DNA of 64,000 nucleotides from Octopus sinensis. Taxonomy: Eukaryota. The notes under the pieces are model-generated. The model was not told the origin of the DNA. It saw nothing but the letters and a program-made list of their open reading frames with translations, and made no database searches. The position numbers were made by a program, and so were the translations under genes. The first letter of the stretch is position 1. Each line of letters opens with the position of its first letter. The DNA is taken from NCBI RefSeq assembly GCF_006345805.1, contig NW_021824845.1:1975-65974 (forward strand), given 5' to 3'. Positions 1-14,496 of this stretch are shown piece by piece.

Positions 1-340
1 AAACCCTGTAATTCACATATGCAAAACAGAAGGAATCGATAACGAAAACGAAGTCTGGTGGTTATCTGTGAACATCATGTTTCTGGATTATTACAGGGTT
101 TGTCGTGCCCGGAGTCCAACTTTGATAGAAATAAGCATTCTTGACTGCTATTTCTATTTTTTTCGGTATGCGGTCAAGCAACCTGTTGCCTGTCCCTTTT
201 TCTTATATACAATATATATACTGAACTTTACAGAAGTTCCTGCCGGTAATCGGCTATATTTACATACCGAATTCTACCAGTAAATAATTGGGGTTTTTTT
301 AAAGCCTTTATAGAAATTATTTACTCTTATTATTATATAC
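1..340. repeat. Interspersed repeat fragment, rearranged relative to its copy at 650-848
   Basis: 1-91 is the reverse complement of ~651-741, and 91-210 is a direct copy of 731-848. The segment ttgactgctatttcta..ttcggt also resembles the 31455-31810 palindrome family. Confidence 0.8.
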
Positions 341-649
341 TATTTGGATTTTTCACTCCCTTATGACAACCCAATAGTTCCTAATCATATGGAACTACTT
401 TTGTAATGCGCATGGCAAAATTTTGGAGGGAAGATTTACGAATTCAAACGTCTATGTAGGTTTAGCTTTTGCTCACTTTCTTCAAATATTTTGATGTCGC
501 ATGGTCAGAAGGTTTGGGTACGTAGCATTTGATAAATCTATGATAAATCTTTTTCAATGGAAAGCTGTGCTGAAGAAGGATGTGAAATATATTGCAATGT
601 ATATGAAATATATATCAAAAATATATATGAAATATATATTCAATATGTT

Positions 650-841
650 TATAATCCAGAAACATGATGTTCACAGATAACCACCAGACTTCGTTTTCGT
701 TATCTATTCCTTCTGTTTTGCATATGTGAATTACAGGGTTTGTCGTGCCCGGAGTCCAACTTTGATAGAAATAAGCATTCTTGACTGCTATTTCTATTTT
801 TTTCGGTATGCGGTCAAGCAACCTGTTGCCTGTCCCTTTTT

Positions 842-848
<7 letters not shown>
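650..848. repeat. Second copy of the repeat at 1-210
   Basis: Near-identical sequence shared with 1-210, part inverted and part direct. Confidence 0.85.
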
Positions 849-875
<27 letters not shown>

Positions 876-876
<1 letters not shown>

Positions 877-1297
877 GACTTTGTGATGTTGGTGTCATGT
901 CATGACATGCGTGTGACTTGGATTATAGTGAGGGTGACTTGCGCAGGATCAGCCTCACTCTCTCGTCCTGGTGCGCCGGATCCAGTGGCAAGACAAAGTC
1001 AAGACGGCTGGGGGTAGACCAGGATGCAGGAGCTGCCGGAAGGTGGCATGCATGGCGCAATCCAACCGCCTTAGGGGCTCCACTCCGGATTTACGTAGGT
1101 TTTTGGATGGCCATTGACTCATGAGAGAGTTCCTCTGCCCTTTGACAGGTTTTGTTTTTAGTCCTGCTGGGTGTCCAAATCACCCTCCTCACCAAGAAAT
1201 CTTGGTGGGGTTGCCAGTTTATTCGCCAACGACCCGACCATGTAACAGGTTGTACTAGATTATATGTTACCAGTAGCTCCAAGCGGAGACCTGACAT
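876..1297 (+). mobile_element. RTE/BovB-type LINE 5' UTR fragment
   Basis: gtcatgacatg..tggattatagtgagggtga..cagcctcactctctc..ccagtggcaagac..gacggctgg matches my recollection of RTE-BovB-type 5' UTRs. Its 3' part is homologous to 8750-8949. Confidence 0.6.
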
Positions 1298-1500
1298 AAT
1301 ATATATACATATATATATATATACACATATATATATACATATATACATATATATACATGCATATATATATACATATATACATATACATATATATATATAC
1401 ATATATACACATATATATATACATATATACATACATACACATACATACACATACATACTACACATACATATACATAATACACACACACACACATATATAC

Positions 1501-1571
<71 letters not shown>

Positions 1572-1796
1572 CAAAAATGCTAGTTCTAAAACCTCGCTAT
1601 TTATATAGACATATACACTCACACATATATTGCATGTATAATTCGATAAATTTAATACATCAAGGTTTTTTTTACTCAATACAGGAAAAGCAAAAGTGAT
1701 AACACGATTAAAGGGTTCGCTTTGTACTTCATGTACACAATATACATACACTCACATACGCACCCCCCCCCCCACGACCACACACATCTGCATATG

Positions 1797-1835
<39 letters not shown>

Positions 1836-2609
1836 ATACACACCATTGTGAGTGTTTGTGTGTGTATCGAAATCGAATCGGCCTCTTTCAAACAACATTT
1901 TCTCTATTGTCGATTTTTGATTTGCCGGGAGGAGGTATTTCTGAGTTCGTGTTTGTATGTGAAGAGAGAGAGAGAGATGGGTGGGTGGGGAGGTGTGTGT
2001 ACCATAACAAAGTAAAACAAACGGACCAAACATCCCATAATATATTTACAGTTGTCTCCCTTTATCTATTTATCTTTCCTTAATTGTGTATGTACATATT
2101 TAATGGAGAAAGAGTAAAATATGGCTGGCCATATCCCCCCCCTCTCTCTCTCTCTCTATCTATCTCACTCCTTGTCGTCCCTTTCTCACTCTCTCTTTAT
2201 CTCCTTCTCTCTACATCCATACTCACAAAACAGTCAGCCTCTCTACCTCTCCCTCTCTTCTCTCTCTCCTTATTTATATATCTATTTAACACTCCCCACT
2301 CTCCCTCTCTTTCTGGTTTATATTCTATCTTTCTTTCTGACTGTGCATCGATCCTCTTCTTCCAGCCTCTCCCTGCCCCTTCTCTCCCTCTTTCGCTCTC
2401 TCTCCCTCTCTACCTCTCCGTCCCTTCGTCCCCATCCACTCTCCTACTCTCTCATCAATTTCTTCTCTTTGATCACATTCATGAATTTCACACCAGCAAA
2501 CATGACGCAATACCACCCCAACCATAAACATACACACATACAAACACACACACACAAACACTCACACGAATCCATAAACACACTCACACACACGCCCACT
2601 CATACACAT

Positions 2610-2641
<32 letters not shown>

Positions 2642-3544
2642 ACTGACTCGCACATGCGCCTGTACACATACACTCACACATACAAACACACATTCACTAT
2701 CTCATACACACGCATACGTGAACAAATACGCATATACACTCACAGTCTCTCTCACACGCACACATGCAAGACAAACATTACACACATATACGTACACAAA
2801 CAAACATGCTCTAACACACACGTTTTCTCTCTCTCTCACACACACACATCCATATAACAAGACTCCTCCCCCATACACACACATATATACAATATACATA
2901 GAATCACACAACACTCCACGCATAAACACACACACATGTGCACATACACTCCCACACATATACTTACACACATACACGCATTCAGAATTCCTCACACATA
3001 TATGAGAAAACGCGCGCGCATTTCTCTCTCCTAGCTGTTCACTTTTATTATTTATTTTTGTTAAATTTCATTCCTCTTTCTTCATTTTTGAAATATGTTC
3101 CCCACTTATTATTCAATTTACGGTTTTTTCTGTCCATCCCCTCCTCCCTCCTCCCTCCCCTTCCCCCCACCGCTGTTATTAATCTTTATTCGCTTCTCAG
3201 TTCCTCTCTTCTCTGTTCGCCACAAAACAATATGTCTTCACAAACTCAAACTTTTGGTGAATTTCATTGATTCCATTAGTTGCCAAGTTTAACACCTGAG
3301 TCTAACTCAATTCGTGTTAATTCGATGGCGTCGGGGAAGAGAAACGGCAACCGTTTTATATATATATGTATATATATATATATTATATATATATATATAT
3401 ACATGCTTATTTAGATAGATAGATAGATAGATAGATAGATATAAAAACATCTGTACGTATACACAAACACATATGTATGTACGTGTGTTTGTGCACATAT
3501 ACACACACACATATATATATATGTACGTATATGTTTCTTTTACT

Positions 3545-3900
3545 TTTTTCAGTCTCTAGAATGTGGCCATGCTGGGGCACCACCTTGAAGGAATTTACTT
3601 AGTTTTTTTGTGGAGGGTTATTTTTAAGCCTGGTTCTTAGCGTATCGGCCTCTTAAGGCGAACCGCTAAGTTACAGGGACGTAAATACATCAACACTTGT
3701 TATCAAGAGGTCGGGGACAAATAGAGACACAAGCACACTCACACATATGTACATACATTCCGTCTACCAAATCCAATCACAAGGCTTAGATCGGCACGAG
3801 CCTGTAGAAGAAGACACTCGCCCAAGGTGCGGCGCAGTGGGACTGAACTGAACCCGGTACCATCTGGTTGGGAGTCAAGCTTCTTACCATACTACCACAA
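3545..3900 (-). mobile_element. tRNA-derived SINE (head plus tail ending in ggtgccccagcatggcc motif)
   Basis: Homologous to the copies at 20090-21600, 45190-45460 and 50705-51170. Confidence 0.75.
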
Positions 3901-4054
3901 GCACACACACACATATTCTCAGGGTTCCCTTTTTACCCCTGTTGGACGCCCCCTTCTATCACTAGCATCGTATCATGCATTTATTCACATATATTGTATA
4001 GTTTGTTTCTTTATTACCTCATCGTCCCTCATCTCACTCCCACTCACCCCGAGA

Positions 4055-4520
4055 GCGCTGCTGAAATTGGCACAACGCGGTTACAAAAGACAACACGGCA
4101 AGTATGGCAAGAATGATCCATTGGGAGCGATGTGGAAACCACGGCCTACAAACAGCAAAGACGTCCTATGACTTGCAAAATCCTGTGGGGAACAATGATT
4201 CATTGCGGTCACCTGACTAGAAATCGGAAACCAGACAGTCTTGCAGTGAATAATAAAGAAAGAACTTGTATGATAAGCGACATAGCATGTCCCGTTGACA
4301 AAAGGATCAAAGAGAAAGAAGATGGAAAACCGAACAACTACGACGATTTAAAGTGAGAAATACGAAGGTTGTAGTCAATGAGGAGAGTAGACGTAGTACC
4401 AATGGCAATTGGCGCACCTGGAAAGTATCAGTACTCAGCTACCAATATGGCTCAAAAGGATTGGTACAAATCAGCATTGCTTGCAGCTGCAAGAATTCTT
4501 CGCATGGTTCTTTCATAACC
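4055..4520 (+). mobile_element. Degenerate R4/Dong-like (RLE clade) LINE C-terminal endonuclease fragment
   Basis: Frameshifted translation includes LAQRGYKRQH, KILWG, RKPDSLAVNNKERTCMISDIACPVDKRIKEKE...YDDLK and VVPMAIGA. This fits the RHD and PD..D restriction-like endonuclease region. Confidence 0.8.
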
Positions 4521-5071
4521 AGTAAATAATTGTAAATTAGTCTGCTGGCTGTGGACAGCTGACACTTTCCATCATACCCAGCAAAATAAACAGAGCTTTC
4601 ACCAACTGATAATAACGATAATAATTCTTTGTAATATCGGTATGAGACACGGAATTGTAGGGGAAGGCGCTTGTCAATGATATTGACCCGAGTATTTTAC
4701 TGTTACTATACCTTATTGACTGAAAAGAAGGAAGATAAAACTGATCTCAACAGAATTTGAACAAACAGCCGGAAGAAATGTTATTACGCATTTTGCCTGA
4801 CACATTAACAATTCTGCCAGATCACGGCCTTTAATAGTTTTCATTTTTTGTCACAAGGCCGGCAATTTTAGAGGAACGGGCTTATGTCGATTAGGTTGAC
4901 CCGCCAGCTCAAAACTGATCCTTATTTTACTGGCCCCGAAAGAATGACAAGGCGACGTGGGCGGTATTTGAACCAAGAACGTAAATTTGGGTAGAAATGG
5001 CGAGTCAGCTATCACAATCAGATTAACAACCTTAGGGAGAAAAACAAACGAACACGTGTACACTCACAGAA

Positions 5072-5111
<40 letters not shown>

Positions 5112-6320
5112 ATATATATACATATATATACACACAAACATATATATACATACACACAAACATATATATACACACACATACATATATATATACATACACA
5201 CAAGCATATATACATACACGCACACATACACTTGTTACATTAATACACTCATAGATATTCACACGCAAGCCTATATATATATATATATATATATATACAT
5301 CTACTCAGACAGATGTATGTGTACACATATATACCTATATAGATGCACTCATCCCCCAACTCCAGGCATGGCTACTCACCACCACCGAAATATAAACTGC
5401 AAAATTCGTGGCTTAGTGTTGCAGTAATTAGCTTTTAGTCTGAATGTAATAAATTGAAAATTAAATGAGTTTAAATAGACAACAGCCATAGTCTGGAGAG
5501 ACATGGAGACTTGGGAGAGGATTTAGGAGAGATGGAAGGCATATGGAGAGTAAGGTGACATTGGTAGTATGTATGGAGGGTGGTGGAGAAATATAGGGAT
5601 AGGAGAGTAATAGAAAGATAGGGGGAATCCGATGGGGGGAGAAGTAAAGAGAGATATGTATAGAGGAGATTTATAGGAAGAGAGGGTGTGTGAGGGGCGA
5701 AATAAGAAGAGAGAGTGAGTTAGGGGAGAGTGATTGGAGGAGTGGAGAGAAAGGGAGATAATATGTGAGAGAGAAAGAGGGAGAGATGGCGGAAAGAGGG
5801 AGAAAGAGTGATAGATAGGAAAGGGGAAGTCGTAGAGAATTGGAACTCGTGTGGGGAATAGAAGTTAGATGAGAAAGAGAGTGAGAGTAATGGGATAGAG
5901 ATATAGAGAGTAGGAAGAGAGGGAGAAATTATGAAAGCGTACAAGAGGGGAAGAGGGCGAAAGAGACAGAAAAAGAGAGAGAGAAAGTGAGTTGTGAGGA
6001 GATAGAAAGACAGAAGGAGAGAGACAGAGGGAGAAAGGGAGGAGGGTGAGAGAGAGAGAGTAAATTATTTGAAATCAAGAATTATTACAAAATAACAATT
6101 ACAGAATTATGAAAGGATTCCATATGAAATAATGGTAGATCTAAAGATATCTCCAGCCACGACTACCACTACAAAAAAAAAAGAATATTAATATAAATGA
6201 GGAAGTAATTTTGGTTTAGAACCAAACAGAGATTCTCAATGTCGACGCTCGGCCTGCTAGAAATAGCAGGCAAATCTCCAACAAATCTCGGGAACTTCAC
6301 ACAATCATTTAATACTATAA

Positions 6321-6368
<48 letters not shown>

Positions 6369-6739
6369 ATATATATATATATATACATACGTATATATAT
6401 ATACACACACACACATACACAAACGCCCACACACGCGCGTATGTGCATGTATGTATAGGATTGTGTGATATTTCATACAGTGTATATGAAACACAAAGAT
6501 ATTTGGATTGCTTTATATTGTGTATCCTTCGGGTTCAATACTATTGTGTGGTACCTAAGGCCAATGCTTCCTTCACTCCAGGGCCAGCCGAACTCGAGAG
6601 AGGGAAACTGTACAGAAACACGTTGTATATAAATGTGTGATTAGATATATAAGGCTAGCTAACAGAAACTTCGAAGTTACTGTCATCATTTGTAAAAGTA
6701 AGATAAATGTGTTTTTCTATTATACGCACAAATCCCGAA

Positions 6740-7985
6740 ACTTTTAGAGAGAGGGCCAGTCGATTAGATCGACCCCAGTACGCAACTGTTACTTAATTTA
6801 TCGACTCCGAAAGGGTTGAAGGCAAAGTCAACCTCGGCGGAATTTGAACTCAGAACGCAAAGACAAACAAAATACCGCTAACAGTTTCGCCCAGCGTGCT
6901 AACGTTTCTGCCAGCTCACCGCCTTGAAAGTAAGATACAATATTCTTTTTTACTCTAGGCACAAGGCCTGAAATTTTGAAGGAGGAGACCAGTTGATTAG
7001 ATCGCCCCTAGTACGCAACTGGTACTTAATTTATCGACTCCGAAAGGATGAAAGGCAAAGTCGACCTCGGCGGAATTTGAAGTCAGACAACAGACGAAAT
7101 ACGGCTACGCATTTCGCCCAAGGTGCTAACGTTTCTACCAGTTCGGCGTCTTGAAAGTAAGATAACTATTACCATACAAACAGTACTGAGCAATTCTTTA
7201 TTTTAATGGAAATGTTATAAGGCCGCGAGTTGGCCGAAACGCTTAACAGTATTTCATCTGCCGCTACATTTTGAGTTCAAATTCCGCCGAGGTCGACTTT
7301 GCCTTTCATCCTTTCGGGGTCGATTAAATAAGTATCAGTTACGCACTGGGGTCGATATAATCGACTTAATTCCTTTCTCTGTCCTTGTTCGTCCTTTCTG
7401 TGTTTAGCCCTTTGTGGGTAGTAAAGAAATAGGTATTTCGTCTGCTGCTACGTTCTGAGTTCAAATTCCACCGAGGTCGACTATGCCTTTCATCCTTTCG
7501 GGGTCGATTAAATAAGTACCAGTTAAACACTGGGGTTAATAAAATAAGTACAAGTTACACACTGGTGTCGCTTTAATCGACTTAATCCGTTTGCCTGTCC
7601 TTGTTTGTCCCCTCTGTGTTTGGTCCCTTGTGTATAGTAAAGAAATAGGTATTCCGCCCTTCGCTACGTTCTGAATTCAAATTTCACCTTCGTCGACTTT
7701 GTTTTTCAACCTTTCTAGCTCGATTAAATAATTTCCCCAAAATTTAAAGCCTTGTGCTTCCAGTAGAAAGGATTATTATTATTATTAAAGTAGTGAGCTG
7801 GTAAAATCGTTATCACGCCGGGCGACATGCTTAGTGTTACATTCTGAATTCAAACTTCGCCGAGGTTCACTTTGCTTTCATCCTTTCGGAATCGTTAAAA
7901 TTAAATACCAGTGAAACACTGCGGTCGGTGTAATCCACTCATCCTCTCCCCCAAAATGACTGCCCTTGTGGTAAAATCAGAAACC
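6740..7985. mobile_element. Cluster of related tRNA-derived SINEs: two on minus (6740-6925, 6950-7150), plus-strand head with tandem units (7218-7780), another plus copy (7795-7985)
   Basis: Repeated core gttcaaattccgccgaggtcgactttgcctttcatcctttcggggtcga with a B-box-like gagttcaaatt. Confidence 0.85.
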
Positions 7986-8402
7986 ATTATTATTATCAGT
8001 CGATTAATAACCAGCATCAGTATATAATTTTTTATCGTTTACTTTTACAACTGCTTCATTTATTCGACAGCTTTGAAGAATTTGAAGGAATTTTCGCCGA
8101 ATGAGTCGACCAGAATACTTTTACATTTTTTCAAAACTTGGACTTTCTCTTTCGGTCTTTTTGGCCGAACCACCAACACACCGGTTGTCAAGCGCTGCAG
8201 GGACACAAACACAGGAACAAGGACACACATGTATATTATATACATATATATATACATATATATACACACATATATACACATACACATATACACACACACA
8301 TATATACATACATATATATATACATGTACACATATACATATATATACATATATACCTACATATACATATATATATATACATACATATACATATAAACATA
8401 TA

Positions 8403-8949
8403 TGGTGGCTGCCCCCTCGTTATCGAGTATGGCCATTGCACGAAACCTAATCAATGTTGTCATCGTGCAATTCCTGTGCAAGAAGATTTGTTTTAAAGTG
8501 AGGAAAAGCTGTGCAGAGTCTTCTCACTAAGCACCAGCAACCATAATCCGAAAAGAAGAACAAGTCAACATCATCGGTAACCACTGAGCCGCAGGTTTTA
8601 TGTCGGAGTTATCCCAGTTACCTGAGTTAACTTCTCCTAGAAGGATGCCCTAACAAAGGCTAGGAGTCCTTCACTCCCAATGGTTTAACCGCGCGATCGG
8701 GCATCCAGTCCGATTATTTCTATGTCCCCGCGCATGATACAGCCTTAAGACATTTATTGGATGGCCGTTGACTCTCAAGAGTTCCTCCGCCCTATGGCGG
8801 GTTTTTTTTTTCATCCCGCAGGGTGTCCAATAAACACCCTCCTCACCAAGCAAGCTTGGTGGGGTTGCCGGTTTAGTCGCCGACGACCCGACCATGCAAC
8901 AGGTTGTACTGGGTTACATGTTACCCGTAGCACTCGAAAGTGACCTGAC
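8403..8949 (+). mobile_element. RTE-type LINE 5' UTR fragment (related subfamily)
   Basis: Shares ccctcctcaccaag..cttggtggggttgcc..gacgacccgaccatg..caggttgtact..gacctgacat with 1085-1297 and starts with an RTE-type terminal hairpin motif. Confidence 0.55.
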
Positions 8950-8961
8950 ATATATATATAC

Positions 8962-8994
<33 letters not shown>

Positions 8995-9113
8995 CATATA
9001 TACATACATATATACATATATATACACACATATACATATATATATACACACATATACATATATATACACACATATACATATATATACACACATATACATA
9101 TATATATACACAC

Positions 9114-9156
<43 letters not shown>

Positions 9157-10407
9157 TACATATATATACACACATATACATACATATATACATATATATA
9201 TACACATATACTTACATATACATATATATATATATATATACATACATATATATATACATATATACATACATATACATATATATATATATACACATACATA
9301 TATACACATATATATATGGTCGAACGAATAACAACATACGGTGAATAATTGCGAGCTCAATACACCTGTTTCTTACGTAACCTTTTAATAGAAGAATGAG
9401 AATATTACATCATTATAAAAGATCGTAATCAACGGTTGAGAAGTAATTTTAGAAAACAAAAGAATACTCCAAGAATACAATAGGAATGTGTCTGTCGAGA
9501 CCAACTGTGAAATGGCAGAATGACCAACTATGTTCGCCGTTCCTGAAAGCGACTCGGGTGAGAAATGAATCTGCTAGACTAGTTCTTAGGTAGACTGGAG
9601 TGAGGTGTAGGTGATATTTCATTATAGTAGGCTCAGACGAGTTGGTAACAAGGAGAGATCCTAATATAAATTAGGGATGAAGAATTTATTTTTATCTTTA
9701 TTCTTTCTGTCTTTATCCTTTAATAATCGTTACCAAGTCGAGTAAAAAGCCTTGCAGCATTTAGTTCGCCTTTATGTCTTCAAAAACTGCCGAGGTCGAC
9801 TTTGCCTTTCATCCTTTCGAACTGGATAAAAAAAAATACCAATTGAACTCTTATCCGCTCCCCTGAAATTACTGGCCTTAAAATTTCAAAATCCGTATTT
9901 GCTGGAATTTGTTCAAAAGTAATCCTGCAGTTTTTTAGTATAACTCCGCATAAAAGCAAGTGAATGTTACTTCTACGAAGAGATTGCCTTGATGGCTGCA
10001 TTTTTTGTCAGGTGCATTATGGGATATTGTCTATCATGCATGACAATAATACTTCGATAGTATATAAAGGCCTTCGTTGCAGTTCATCTGTCACTTTCCG
10101 TCACTAACTGCTATAGTGGTTACACAGAACATCGTCTTTTGGTCACTGCCTGAATTAGGTTGTTTGCCACAGAAACCAATGTCTGTCGAAGAAAAGAGTT
10201 GTGGCATAGGCATACATATGACGTCTTCACGTTGTGTATAATTTGGACTTTTTTTCATTCACTTTTGACGTACATCATGGCTACGAGTAACTTATAACTT
10301 TTTGCAGATGGTCATTGAGCACTTTCGTTTTGATGCGCCGAGATGTACACGTGCTTCTCATTGGCATACACTCACTCACAATAGACATATATGCAGACAC
10401 TACAGGC

Positions 10408-10456
<49 letters not shown>

Positions 10457-10501
10457 GTGAGTGTGTGTGTGTAAGTGTGGGTGTGTGGTTGTATATATAT
10501 G

Positions 10502-10532
<31 letters not shown>

Positions 10533-12158
10533 TATAGTATATATATGTAATAATGGAAAAAAAAAATGCTCTTATGTATTAAAAATTTTTTTCATTATTA
10601 AAGCGGGTCGGCAAATTATTAACAACAATTAATGAAAAAAACTTCTTTTGCATTCATAGGCTACCGTTCACCTTTTCTAGATTCAAATAGAACTTAGCAC
10701 TTCCACTATTATTAATTTTTAACTCCCTTCTTTAACTAACTATACCTGGGTCTTATAATTCTAAAGTATACAACTTATAAATTTATAATTTTATAATTTT
10801 ATAGCTACATTTGTATAATAATAATAGATGTGTCTAGTATTATTTGTTTCTTGTTTTTGTATGTGGGTTTGTTTGTTTTTTAAGGGAAATGCAATATGAC
10901 ATGAAATAACATATTTCATTTGGTATTTGCCTTGTAATATGTGATTTTTGAAGTTTTCTAATATTGCATAGTATATTGCATAGTATATATGTATATCTTG
11001 GTTAGATACCTAGCTCTAGATAATGTAATGATATTGTATAATATGTAATATATGAGAGCCTTTTATGAGTTTGGTGTGTTTAGGTGAGAATATAGGTTTT
11101 TTGTATGTGTTTATTTGGAAGGTTTTTATTGTATATTTGGTCTTTCTTTGTACTCACCTTAATTTGTATCTTATGCTATTTACTAATAAACCTTTTCATT
11201 TTTTTTCATTTTTTCATTTACATACATTTGGCTTTATAAATATTACCAGCCTTATATATTTAGTTTATATCTATAGTCCTCTGGATCTGTACTTTAAATT
11301 ATCCTTCCATACATATTTACTTTCAACAATATAACATATATATTCACTTATTTATTGTTTTATTTTATTGTAATGTTATCAATCTGCATTTAGTCTTCTA
11401 ATTATTTATTTATTTGCCTATTTAAGTGTAGATGTTTACATACATATCAAGTCATCTAATTTGTTATCTATTTATTTTACTTATTTACTTATACTAGGTA
11501 GAGTTTATACATACATATCTATCATTTATTTTTATTTAATTTTAATAATATATGAATACATATATACTGGTTTGTACTTATAATATGTGTATAACCGTAT
11601 ATATTCCTTCGTATTTATTCCTTCTTATTTATCTTATCACATTTTATCTTAAGTATTTATAATATAAATTTTTTTAAATTTCTGTGATGTTCTCATAAGC
11701 GTTTACATTAGTACTTCCCCTTCTATTTTTTAATGCCTAAACTGGATATTATGGCATTAAATTTATTAAGTAAATAAGAGATTATTTTAATATATATAAA
11801 TTAATATATATTTTATATTTTATAATTTAGCGTACTTGGAATCATAACAAACTTACGATAAATCTAACAACCGTATGTTTACTATGCAACAAACCGGTGT
11901 TTAAATTTTAAGTTACCCCATGAAATAATTTATCTGACTTATAACATACTGATATTTAAAATATATTTATATCTAAAATTAAATATTTTATGAATGCATG
12001 GGTGGTTATTTTCCGTTATTGAGGCACATTTATAATTTTGAAGGACTAAATGGTAGCATAGTTGTCTTCCTTTTTGTTTATCTATGTGCTAGTTGTTGCT
12101 TGTGATTATGTATGTGTATAAGTGTATGTATATAACATATAACTATGTGTGTATGTGT

Positions 12159-12357
12159 CGATTGATCTGTAGATGCGTGTGTGAATATTGGCGTTCCTTG
12201 ACTATCCAACCGTATAATTTTCTTTTGTGATTTAAATTTCAAACCAATAGCCAATCGAATTAATCTAAATTTTCTTTACCTAGTGATCAGCATTTCTAAA
12301 CTCATAGTTATTTCGATCTTGAAAGGATGGACTTGTGCTAACAACTTAACCTGTATC

Positions 12358-12392
<35 letters not shown>

Positions 12393-13045
12393 TATTATTA
12401 TTATTTATAATATTAATAGTAATTTTTATTAACTTTTATAGCTTTAATTTTATGAACTGACCATGGTTTTAATTATTATTTTTCATCTCCCTATGTGTTA
12501 CTTTTTAAAAAAAAACTATTACCAAATATGTATAATATCGGTACTTATTAATATTAATATATACACTGATATATATTTTGTTTTATTTTTTGTCTGTTTA
12601 CCTTCCTTTATTGTACCAATGAGTATTATATTATATAAGTGTAGCATTATGATGTATAAGTTTTTATATATTTACATTTTTATATTTTTATTTTATATGT
12701 ATATGGTTTATAATATTTTTCACAATTATAACAAATTTAATTTAATTCTCTGAAGAGGCCGTGGGGCATCCTTGTTAATGCCTCATTTATACCTGCCTTT
12801 ATGGCTTATAGGTTAAATGAGTACTGACTGGCCTCACTGCCGAAACAGCTGTCAGTTTTGATTTAATTGCATATTATATTTGAAATTTTTACTTATATCT
12901 CTTATCTTTTACTATTACTGTATATCTCATTTTGTATAATGCCTTTACTCATATGTAATGGTGTATTAAAGTATTGATTGGGTATCATCGGATAGTTGAT
13001 GTTTTATTGATTTAAGTATGTTTCTCTCCATTCTCTAATTTTGTA

Positions 13046-13047
<2 letters not shown>
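12159..13047 (+). repeat. Left arm of ~890-bp inverted repeat (hammerhead-bearing, probably Penelope pLTR-like)
   Basis: Reverse-complement match to 14497-15384 along its length. Confidence 0.9.
12748..12855 (+). ncRNA. Minimal type-I hammerhead ribozyme motif with extended helix II
   Basis: ct-CTGAAGA(12750-56), helix II GGCCGTGGGGC/GCCTCACTGCC, GAAA(12842-45), palindromic helix III ACAGCTGT, GUC site (C at 12853), then ag. Helix I is weak. Confidence 0.75.
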
Positions 13048-13086
<39 letters not shown>

Positions 13087-13371
13087 ACACACACACTGCA
13101 TATTTGTACATACACTTCTTACGCTAAATGCATAGATTCATATATTTATTTACATATATATCTACATGTATATATATATATATATTATATATATATAACT
13201 TTGTTTATAATTTATATACATAGATACAAACGTGGATGCCTTCATACTGTATGTATATATGTTTTTTAAAAAGTAAAATAACCAGCTATCATTGTTTATC
13301 TCCATCTTTTGTACATCAGCATTGTCAGTGCAATAATCCCATAGAAACATAGAAATATTTTTACAGAAGAT

Positions 13372-13412
<41 letters not shown>

Positions 13413-14496
13413 TTACTTCTCGCTGGCTTCCTCCTCCTCCCACCATTCCTTTCTCCGCCTCTCCTCTTCTCCTCATCACATATTTACTGCCATTATTACA
13501 TTTGTCAATATACCGCCGTTTTTCTAGTATCTTATCTGTTTTTACTTCAATATTTGCCACGAAAATGTGTTTTGGTTTAAAACAAAAAAATTATTTTGCA
13601 AATCTGTTGATTTCAACAGCAAACACTCCAAGAAAATGTACGTATGTTTAAACACAGATACATATAGCTATATACGATATATATTCAGTCATATACATAT
13701 ATATATATATATCCCACGTATATATATATATATATATAATATATATATATATATTATATATATATATATATAATATATATACACATAACATCATATGTAT
13801 GCATTTATATATATATAGATGAGATATAGATAGATAGATAGACAAGCAGAGACAGACAGACAAACAGATAGTCAGATAGATAGATAGATACATACATACA
13901 TAGACAGAATACTTTCAAACATGCATACATATATGCATAGATATTGGTGTGCATATACTGTCCAACTGCATAAACAATAATATATATATACTTATACATT
14001 ATGTATAGGTGTATTGAATATACATATAATGTATAATTTTATATATGGTATGTACGTGCGACGACCTGTGTTTGTATGTGTATATGCGATGCAGATTGAG
14101 ATAGACAGAGAGAGAAAGAAAGAAACAAACAAACAAAGAGAGTACATATCTGTATGTGTGTGTTTGTAAGTAAAACCAGGGAAAATTGTGCTTAAAACAT
14201 TTAGTAGAGTCCGTTCAATTGAAGAGCAAGATTTAGCGTTTCGTTACTCAGAGATACTCGCGTCTTGCATGTTGTTGAATCAGATAAATGTGTGTGTGTG
14301 TGTGTATACATACATACATACATAATACATACATATATATATATATGTATACATATATATACATATATATACATATATATATGCATACATATATATATGC
14401 ATACATATATATATGCATACATATATATATACATATATATATGCAAACATATATATATGCATACATATATATATGCATACATATATATATATACAT

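Noticed and set aside
876-1060. Possible HDV-like ribozyme in the RTE 5' UTR
   Set aside because: I could not assemble the nested P1/P1.1/P2/P3 pseudoknot, only a simple agtgagg/cctcact hairpin.
7218-7780. Repeat array superficially like CRISPR
   Set aside because: The units are ~185-215-nt SINE bodies with no unique spacers, in a eukaryotic context.
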